A stretch of 64,000 bases of DNA from Sulfurimonas sp. (GTDB lineage Bacteria; Campylobacterota; Campylobacteria; Campylobacterales; Sulfurimonadaceae): NCBI RefSeq assembly GCF_041583195.1, contig NZ_JBFHGL010000009.1:32481-96480 (forward strand), given 5' to 3'. The translations under genes and the position numbers were made by a program. A model generated the notes under the pieces. That model did no database searches, was not told where the DNA came from, and saw nothing but the letters and a program-made list of their open reading frames with translations. This document shows positions 10,390-17,631 of the stretch, piece by piece (the first letter of the stretch is position 1; each line of letters opens with the position of its first letter).

Positions 10390-10401
10390 ATATCCTTCAA
10401 A

Positions 10402-11682
10402 TTAGATTCTTCCGCCAGCTTGAACACCCCAAGTAGTTCTCCATCTAGTCTTAACTAAAGAGATACCGCTAATAGCAACTATAACAACACCTGCAAATAT
10501 CATAAATCCAACTGTATAACCATCAAATGCACCTTTACTCCAACCAAGAGTTTTGATAAGGGCTGTACCACCAAGACCACCTGCTGCACCAATAATACCA
10601 GTCATAATACCAATGTCCTTACCAAAACGTTGAGGAACAAGTTGGAAAACTGCACCGTTTGCCATACCTAAGTTAGCCATGATTAAAAACAGAACTAGTA
10701 TAGCTACACCAAATGGAAGTGTTACAGAAGCATTTATTATTGCTAACACAGTTACAGTACCAAAGAAGATGTATAAAGATTTAACACCACCAAGTCTATC
10801 AGCAATCGCTCCACCAACCGGACGTAAAACAGCACCTGCAAATATACAAAGTGCTCCAAAGTAACCAGCTATAACTTTAACATTACTCTCATCTAAGATA
10901 TCTATACCAAATGCACTCATATCTGCTTGGTAAGTATTCATAAGATACACTTTCATATATCCTGCAAAACCAACGAATCCACCAAAACTTACAGCATAGA
11001 AAAGATTAAACCACCAAGTATCTTTATCTTTAAGAAGTTTTCCGTAATCTTTAAGTTTTTTAGGATTAGCAGTATAAACCTCAGCAGGAGCATTTTTAGC
11101 CAAGAATGCATAAGCAATCAATACAACTATAGCCATAGCTGCACCAACACCAAAAACAGATTCCCATCCCCATAACTCAGCGATTTTAGGAGCAAATAAG
11201 AAGTCAATTACAACACCTATGTTACCAGCCCCTGCTATACCTAAAACAACACCTTGTAGTTTAGGCGGATACCATTGACCAGCTTGAGGCAGAGCTACAG
11301 CAAAAGAAGCACCGGCAAAACCAAGTCCAAGAGCAACTAAAAGTAGTGTATCGTATGTGATGCTATTACCTTGTAAATAAGCAGTTAAAAGAGCAATAAT
11401 TACAACTGACTGAGCAAGCATCGCTGTAAGCTTAGCACCTAGTTTATCAACACCAAAACCAAGAAGTATTCTTAGAAGTGCACCTGAAAGTATAGGTAAA
11501 GATAGAAGTGTAGCTTTCTCACCTGCTGTCATAATATGTCCACCTAAAGCTAAAGCTTCAGATATTTCAGTACTTAATGGACCTAACATTGTCCAAACCA
11601 TAAAACTCATATCAAAATATAAAAAAGCCATGAACAATGTCGGTGTATGTCCTTGCCCTTTCAGATCTTTTAATCCTGCCAT
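10402..11682 (-). CDS. narK: Nitrate/nitrite MFS transporter (NarK/NasA family)
   Basis: Nitrate signature GFAGASFA and G.GNIG; LRPVGGAIADRLGG; GMANGAVFQLVPQRF; about 12 hydrophobic segments. Confidence 0.9.
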   Translation of the reverse strand: MAGLKDLKGQGHTPTLFMAFLYFDMSFMVWTMLGPLSTEISEALALGGHIMTAGEKATLLSLPILSGALLRILLGFGVDKLGAKLTAMLAQSVVIIALLTAYLQGNSITYDTLLLVALGLGFAGASFAVALPQAGQWYPPKLQGVVLGIAGAGNIGVVIDFLFAPKIAELWGWESVFGVGAAMAIVVLIAYAFLAKNAPAEVYTANPKKLKDYGKLLKDKDTWWFNLFYAVSFGGFVGFAGYMKVYLMNTYQADMSAFGIDILDESNVKVIAGYFGALCIFAGAVLRPVGGAIADRLGGVKSLYIFFGTVTVLAIINASVTLPFGVAILVLFLIMANLGMANGAVFQLVPQRFGKDIGIMTGIIGAAGGLGGTALIKTLGWSKGAFDGYTVGFMIFAGVVIVAISGISLVKTRWRTTWGVQAGGRI

Positions 11683-11696
11683 CTTTTTTCCTTTTA

Positions 11697-11715
11697 ACTT
11701 AATTTTACATTAAGT
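11697..11715. promoter_or_regulatory. Operator-like palindrome B (ACTTAAT-TTTAC-ATTAAGT)
   Basis: Perfect 7-bp arms between the narK -10 and its SD; core CTTAATTTTACAT recurs at 13482 and 13545. Confidence 0.55.
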
Positions 11716-11731
11716 AGTTATTGATGTCAGT

Positions 11732-11740
11732 ATTATAACA
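11732..11740 (-). promoter_or_regulatory. Extended -10 promoter (TG-T-TATAAT) of narK-cysG-nirA
   Basis: Minus strand TGTTATAAT about 50 nt upstream of the narK ATG. Confidence 0.65.
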
Positions 11741-11765
11741 TGTATTTGAGCACTATTTTGACATA

Positions 11766-11790
11766 TTATTGTATAAATTATATACAATAA
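11766..11790. promoter_or_regulatory. Operator-like palindrome A (TTATTGTATA-AATTA-TATACAATAA)
   Basis: Perfect 10-bp arms with 5-bp spacer; core TGTATA-N5-TATACA repeated at 13521-13537. Confidence 0.65.
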
Positions 11791-11807
11791 CTTTAAAATT
11801 ACATTAA

Positions 11808-13454
11808 CTATGACTTTAAATAGCCTATATATAATAGTAGTATCATATTTATAATTGCCATGCTTACAAAACCAACTCTGTAAAATGTTGTAGGGCTTCT
11901 CTGCATATAAGATATATTTTTTGCAAAATACGGTTCAACCTTACTTGGATTGTTTAGTTCAAAGTTCATCTCTGAATAATGCATATAGCGCTGTTCTTTA
12001 TCTATAGATATTGCGCGAAGTATTACACTGTCAAGCCAATCAGGAATATTTTTGTTATAAAAGCTAGGTTTTTTTGCATTTTTGAATATAGGAGATTGAA
12101 AAGGTTCTATCTCACCATATGGATATTTTCCGGTTAATGCATAATATAGTGTTACACCTATGGAAAATATTTCACTAGTCTCACTTATAGATTCGTTTTC
12201 AAACCTTTCAGGTGATAAAAAGCTAGGTGTACCTGCTCGTGAATTGTTTGAAAATATTTCTGTAATACTTCCAAAATCTATACTTTTATACTCAAGTGTA
12301 CCATCTTCATTTTTTAATACAATCACATTTGCAGGTTTTATATCTCCATGAACCAAATCATATTTTAAAAGATACTGTGACATATCTATAAGCATATTGG
12401 CAAGCTTTATACTCTCTTCAATAGATAGTTTTTTATCTTTTAAATACGTAGAGAGATCATCACCTTTAAAAAGTTGCATAACATAGTATCTATGAGTTCT
12501 GTTTTTTGGAATCACAGCCTTAGGAAAAAAGTCAGCTTTTAAACGCTTTGCATTCCAAGCCTCTTTTACGAACAGATCCAGTACACCCTCATCATCAATA
12601 CATTCACTTGGCGCATATTTTAATACATACTCTTTTGTCTTTTTTCTAACAAGCCAAGTCCTGTTGTTTTGAACTAGAGATCTTTTTAATTCATAACCAT
12701 CAATTACATCACATTCTTTTAGTGTCTGGTATATTAAAAGATCTTGATGTTTTAGTATATCTATATCATCTGCTTCTAATATATCTAGTACAATTGCAGT
12801 AGTATCGTCAGGTAGATCATTCTCAACTAATTTAGATGCTTTTTTAACAAGTGTATGTGCTCCAAGATTTATAGATGATTCTAATGCCTCATTATCCAAT
12901 ACATTATAAAGACCATCACTACAAAGTAATATCTTGTCACTTTTTTGCAGAGTATTTTCAAAATAATATGGTTCTACACTCTGTGATATACCTATGGCTT
13001 GAGTAAGTACATTTTCATATCCCTTTTCATTCATAGAATGGTCTTCTGATAGTTGGGTTAGTTTATTATCTCTTTGCAAATATACCCTGCTGTCTCCAAC
13101 ATTAGCTCCATATATGCGATTTCCTTCAATAGCAACTATTGTCAGAGTTGTAACAAGTTCACTGGATTCATAATTAATCTGTGATTCTTTATATAATATA
13201 TCATTTATAGATTTTATAAAAGTCAGTATACTTTTCTCAATAGTCCATGACTTTGGACGTATCTTAAAATTATTCATCATATAGTTTGTTACACGCTTAG
13301 CCGCTGCAGCACCTTCAGTTGCACTACCTACTCCATCACATACTATTGCTAAAGTTAGATTTCCAATAGTTTTAACATCGTAAAAATCATCACCAGTTAA
13401 CTCTTTCCCTTTTGCTAATGAAAATCCAGTTTTTCTAATTTGTTCTTTAGCCAT
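11808..13454 (-). CDS. Bifunctional PP2C phosphatase / Hanks-type Ser/Thr kinase with C-terminal membrane anchor
   Basis: PP2C motifs VCDGVG, NVGDSRVY, LCSDGL, DDTT; kinase motifs VLKY, HGDIKPAN, IDFG, GTPSFLSPE; ATG 13454 follows AAGG SD. Confidence 0.9.
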   Translation of the reverse strand: MAKEQIRKTGFSLAKGKELTGDDFYDVKTIGNLTLAIVCDGVGSATEGAAAAKRVTNYMMNNFKIRPKSWTIEKSILTFIKSINDILYKESQINYESSELVTTLTIVAIEGNRIYGANVGDSRVYLQRDNKLTQLSEDHSMNEKGYENVLTQAIGISQSVEPYYFENTLQKSDKILLCSDGLYNVLDNEALESSINLGAHTLVKKASKLVENDLPDDTTAIVLDILEADDIDILKHQDLLIYQTLKECDVIDGYELKRSLVQNNRTWLVRKKTKEYVLKYAPSECIDDEGVLDLFVKEAWNAKRLKADFFPKAVIPKNRTHRYYVMQLFKGDDLSTYLKDKKLSIEESIKLANMLIDMSQYLLKYDLVHGDIKPANVIVLKNEDGTLEYKSIDFGSITEIFSNNSRAGTPSFLSPERFENESISETSEIFSIGVTLYYALTGKYPYGEIEPFQSPIFKNAKKPSFYNKNIPDWLDSVILRAISIDKEQRYMHYSEMNFELNNPSKVEPYFAKNISYMQRSPTTFYRVGFVSMAIINMILLLYIGYLKS

Positions 13455-13520
13455 TAATAAACCTTGCACATGAAATATTTTCTTAATTTTACATTATATA
13501 GTATTTTTTAAGTCATAAAT

Positions 13521-13537
13521 TGTATAAATTCTATACA
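13521..13537. promoter_or_regulatory. Second copy of palindrome A (TGTATA-AATTC-TATACA)
   Basis: 16 of 17 positions identical to the core at 11770-11786; in the divergent kinase/narB intergenic region. Confidence 0.6.
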
Positions 13538-13565
13538 TATAGTACTTAATTTTACATAAACTTTG

Positions 13566-13574
13566 TGCTATACT
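13566..13574 (+). promoter_or_regulatory. Extended -10 promoter (TG-C-TATACT) of narB
   Basis: TGCTATACT about 30 nt upstream of GGAG SD and ATG 13603. Confidence 0.55.
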
Positions 13575-13602
13575 TTTGAAGTTATAAAATTTTGGAGACT
13601 AA

Positions 13603-15582
13603 ATGATTAAGTCAGTGTGTGGATATTGTGGTGTTGGTTGTGGTATAGAATACGATGAACAAAAACTGATTGGAGATGTAACATACCCTACAAATGAAGG
13701 AAAACTCTGTTCAAAAGGTATTTCAGAGCTTATAAGTTTAGACACACCTTCAAGGCTTCTACGTCCAAAATTAAGAGAGAGTATTGATGAAGAGTATCGT
13801 ATATCAACATGGTATGAGACTATAAAAATCATAGCCGATAAAATAAAATCTACAGATAAAAATAAAATAGGCTTTTATCTCTCAGGTCAGCTTCTAACAG
13901 AAGATTACTATATTGCGAACAAACTCGGTAAAGGCTTTATAGGTACAAACAATGTAGACACAAACTCTCGTACATGTATGTCAAGTGCCGTAGTTGCATA
14001 TAAAAAAGCTATAGGTGCTGATTTTGTACCTCTAAGAATGAATGATATATTCAAGTCTGACTTATTGATTCTTGCAGGTGCAAATACAGCTGAGGCTCAT
14101 GTAGTTTTTCATAACCAGATAAAAAAAGCGAAAAAACAAGGTCTTAAAATAGTAGTAATTGACCCTCGCTATACTGAAACAGCAAAACTTGCTGATATTC
14201 ACTTAAGTATAAAAGCAGGAAGCGATATTGATTTTTTTAACCTAGTATCTAAAAAACTAATAGATGAAGAACTATACAATAAAGAATATGTTGAAGAAAA
14301 TGTAAATAACTTTGAACTTTTAAAAAATAAATTCAAGCGTGCTCCAGTTACGAAGATGCTAAAAAGAACGGGACTTTCGCAAGAGCAGTTTGATCAATTT
14401 TTTGATCTGTATATATCTAGTGAAAATATAATTACAGCTTGGACTATGGGGCTCAATCAATCTGTTCAAGGGGTTGATAAAAATTTAGCACTCTTAAACA
14501 CGCACCTACTAACAGGAAAAATATTTAAAGAAGGAAATGGTCCACTTAGTCTTACAGGTCAGCCAAATGCCATGGGTGGCCGTGAAGTCGGTGGACTATC
14601 TACCATGCTTGCAGTGCATCTCGGCTTTGATAAAGAGAGTATTGAAAAAGTATCTAAGTTTTGGAAGACAGACAAGATAGACAACAAACCTGGTCTTACT
14701 GCTACACAGATGATGGAAGCAAAACTGGACGTACTTATAATCGCTCATACTGACCCTGTATATCATCTACCAAACAGAAACAAGGTAGAAGATTTTATAA
14801 GCAAGATACCGTTTGTAGTTGAGATAAATGCATATGAAAACTCCGAGAGTTCAAAATATGCACACGTAAGACTTCCTGCTGCACCTTGGGGTGAGAAAGA
14901 AGGTACTCAGACAAATCTTGATAGAACTATTACAAAACAAGAGAGGCTTACTCGTCGTTCGATTGACTGTAAACCTGATTGGGAGATATTTCAACTTATA
15001 GCACAAGAGCTTGGTTTCAACGATGCATTTAACTTTAAAAATCCTAAAGAGATATTTCAAGAATATCAAGAGATGACGAAATTAAATGATCATATGGATA
15101 TACATAAACTTGACTATGATGACATCTCTTTTAAACCATTCATTTGGGGTGAAGATATAAAAACATATCTTACACCTGATAAAAAAGGAAATCTGTTTTA
15201 TGTGGAAAACAAACTCCTGAGTGAAAAAACAAACTTGGAATATCCATATATACTTTTAACAGGTAGGACACGTGATCAGTGGCATACAGGTACAAAAACA
15301 AATCTTCCTACAACTCTTTTAAAGTTCAAAGAATTGAACTTCTGTGAGATGAACCCAAATGATGCTAAACAACTCGGACTTGAAGATGGCGATGAAATTC
15401 AAGTTAGTTCAAGACGTGGTAGTATAAAGACAAAGGTACTTATTACAGAGGATATTTTAGAGAAAAATATCTTTATACCAATAAGTAATAGGGACATAAA
15501 CTATCTTACTAATGATCTTTTAGATAAAGATTCACTAGAGCCTGATTATAACCATTCTGCCGTAAAAATTGAAAAATTATAA
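13603..15582 (+). CDS. narB: Assimilatory nitrate reductase catalytic subunit (molybdopterin, 4Fe-4S)
   Basis: CGYCGVGC...LCSKG, YLSGQLLTEDYY, NSRTCMSSA, GQPNAMGGREVGG, TGRTRDQWHTGT. Confidence 0.9.
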   Translation: MIKSVCGYCGVGCGIEYDEQKLIGDVTYPTNEGKLCSKGISELISLDTPSRLLRPKLRESIDEEYRISTWYETIKIIADKIKSTDKNKIGFYLSGQLLTEDYYIANKLGKGFIGTNNVDTNSRTCMSSAVVAYKKAIGADFVPLRMNDIFKSDLLILAGANTAEAHVVFHNQIKKAKKQGLKIVVIDPRYTETAKLADIHLSIKAGSDIDFFNLVSKKLIDEELYNKEYVEENVNNFELLKNKFKRAPVTKMLKRTGLSQEQFDQFFDLYISSENIITAWTMGLNQSVQGVDKNLALLNTHLLTGKIFKEGNGPLSLTGQPNAMGGREVGGLSTMLAVHLGFDKESIEKVSKFWKTDKIDNKPGLTATQMMEAKLDVLIIAHTDPVYHLPNRNKVEDFISKIPFVVEINAYENSESSKYAHVRLPAAPWGEKEGTQTNLDRTITKQERLTRRSIDCKPDWEIFQLIAQELGFNDAFNFKNPKEIFQEYQEMTKLNDHMDIHKLDYDDISFKPFIWGEDIKTYLTPDKKGNLFYVENKLLSEKTNLEYPYILLTGRTRDQWHTGTKTNLPTTLLKFKELNFCEMNPNDAKQLGLEDGDEIQVSSRRGSIKTKVLITEDILEKNIFIPISNRDINYLTNDLLDKDSLEPDYNHSAVKIEKL

Positions 15583-15603
15583 AATAGTTGTTAAAATCTT
15601 TTT

Positions 15604-16326
15604 ATGAAAGAAAAAAAGATAGTTATATTCTCTGGTGCCGGTATTAGTGCCGAGAGTGGAATCAAAACCTTCAGAGATGCAGACGGGCTGTGGGAAAACC
15701 ACAGTATTGAAGAGATCTGCAATCAATATACTTGGGAAAAAAACTACGAACAGGTTCATAAGTTTTATAACCAAAGAAGAGTTCAATTAGCTGATGTTGA
15801 ACCAAATCTAGCCCACGAAATAGTAGCCCAAATCAAAGAAAAATACCAAGACGACTGTATAGTGATCACACAAAATGTAGATGATATGTTTGAGCGTGCA
15901 GGATGCCGTGATGTTATCCATGTCCATGGAGAGCTTACCAAGATGCACTGCATGAGTTGTAACAATGTGTTTGATATTGGATACAAAGAGTTTACTATTG
16001 GTGAGCAGTGCCCTAAATGCGGAAATTCTCATATAAAACCTTATGTTGTTTTCTTTGGTGGTCAGGCTCCAAAATATATGGATATGTACTCAGCGTTTGA
16101 ATATCTGCAAAATGAAGATTCAATAGCAGTTGTTATAGGTACACTTGGCAATGTTATTCAGATAAGTGCAAATTTAGAACTTATGGATTGCAAAAAAATA
16201 CTAAATAACCTCGAAATATCACCATATATAGATGATTCTCAGTTTGATAGAGTATACTACGAAAATGCAACTTCGGCTATTGAAAAAATAGAAGCCGACA
16301 TTGAAGAGTTTTGGGAGATAGAATAA
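15604..16326 (+). CDS. cobB: NAD-dependent protein deacylase (sirtuin)
   Basis: SGAGISAESGIKTFRD, TQNVDD..ERAG, HVHG, two CxxC zinc motifs, PYVVFFG. Confidence 0.9.
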   Translation: MKEKKIVIFSGAGISAESGIKTFRDADGLWENHSIEEICNQYTWEKNYEQVHKFYNQRRVQLADVEPNLAHEIVAQIKEKYQDDCIVITQNVDDMFERAGCRDVIHVHGELTKMHCMSCNNVFDIGYKEFTIGEQCPKCGNSHIKPYVVFFGGQAPKYMDMYSAFEYLQNEDSIAVVIGTLGNVIQISANLELMDCKKILNNLEISPYIDDSQFDRVYYENATSAIEKIEADIEEFWEIE

Positions 16327-16327
16327 T

Positions 16328-17260
16328 ATGCAAATAATTTTAGTGCTAGTGGCGGCAATTTTAGGACTAACTTACGGTTACAATACAGAAGGTCTGCAGT
16401 TTACGTCTAAAATATGTTTATTTGCAGGTGTAACTCTAATCATGCCTACACTCTTTAATGTTAAACTAAAAGATATTAAACTGATTTTAACGCATAAAAA
16501 AATAATTTTTAAAAGTTTGGTAGTAAACTTTATAGCTCTTCCTGCACTTGCACTAGCAATAGGTCTTGCAACAAAAGACTTCGGTATAGCTGCTGGTGTC
16601 TTTGCACTCTCTGTACTAAGTGGTGGCGGTATGGTTATGTACTGGGTTAAAAAAACAGATTCAAATACCTCTTTAGGTTTCATACTTCTTTTTATAAACA
16701 TTATATTCATCTCTTTATCTCTTTTAATGCTTCACCTGTTTGCTGTATATACAGAGGGTTATTTTGGAGAGTTTTATGCAGATTCAAACAACTCTCTTAC
16801 AGGTTTTGCCAACGCTGTAATCTTGTACCTTATAGTTGTTCCGTTAATTCTGAGCAGAATTCTTATTTTTATGACCCCTGTAGTAAACTTTATAAATAAG
16901 TATCGCCCGATTATCAGCAATGTAAGTATATTTATAATTATTACGTTTCTTTTTGCATTGCAAAACTCTCAACTACTTTTTGAAGTTTATGACTTTGAAC
17001 CGGAACTTATAGCTATGTCATTTTATGCTATATCTGCATTTTACATAGGAAACTTTCTAATTGCTAAGTTTACTTTTGACATTTCAGACCCAGAGGAGCG
17101 TTCGGCATTTTGGTTTACGACAACACGCTATATAACTCTAGCACTTATCATTGCTAGTTTTTCTATAGCTTCATTTGGTGTAACTATGCTTATACCTATT
17201 ATGATGTCGTATCTTATACAGATACCTTTTGCAATATTTTATGCAAAATATGTAAAATAA
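16328..17260 (+). CDS. BASS/Acr3-superfamily secondary transporter
   Basis: About 10 hydrophobic segments; MPTLF, SLVVNFIALPALA and GMVMYW align with SBF/Acr3 patterns. Confidence 0.6.
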   Translation: MQIILVLVAAILGLTYGYNTEGLQFTSKICLFAGVTLIMPTLFNVKLKDIKLILTHKKIIFKSLVVNFIALPALALAIGLATKDFGIAAGVFALSVLSGGGMVMYWVKKTDSNTSLGFILLFINIIFISLSLLMLHLFAVYTEGYFGEFYADSNNSLTGFANAVILYLIVVPLILSRILIFMTPVVNFINKYRPIISNVSIFIIITFLFALQNSQLLFEVYDFEPELIAMSFYAISAFYIGNFLIAKFTFDISDPEERSAFWFTTTRYITLALIIASFSIASFGVTMLIPIMMSYLIQIPFAIFYAKYVK

Positions 17261-17301
17261 TTTTTGATATAATAATAAAAATATAAATATAGGATTTTTT
17301 C

Positions 17302-17631
17302 TTGGCATATATTCTTGGATTGGTAGTTGTAGGACTTTTTTTTCTAAGTCTTCACTACTTTACTGAACTTAACCACAAACAAAAAATTATCACATCAGGG
17401 ATTGTTCTTGCAATCATTTTAAGCGCTATTGCATTTAATACTTATTCAGACGCACAAAGAGATAACATGATGGCAGTTGTAACTAAGTTTAACCAAGGTA
17501 AAACTGTTGATTGCGAAGGTGTTGATGTCAATTCAAGCCTATATGACTTAAGTACGGGTACATACACTTTTATAGGAAGAGAAAATACTCCAAATTACGG
17601 ACAAATGTTCAGCGTATCTTCATGCAAATAA
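17302..17631 (+). CDS. Small hypothetical membrane protein
   Basis: TTG start with AGGA SD; two N-terminal hydrophobic helices; stop overlaps mutS2 start. Confidence 0.7.
   Translation: MAYILGLVVVGLFFLSLHYFTELNHKQKIITSGIVLAIILSAIAFNTYSDAQRDNMMAVVTKFNQGKTVDCEGVDVNSSLYDLSTGTYTFIGRENTPNYGQMFSVSSCK

Noticed and set aside
11683-11807. NtcA, NifA, TnrA/GlnR, NssR boxes or ANTAR twin hairpins upstream of narK
   Set aside because: Spacing and sequence do not fit these consensus motifs and no tandem hairpins with a terminator are present.
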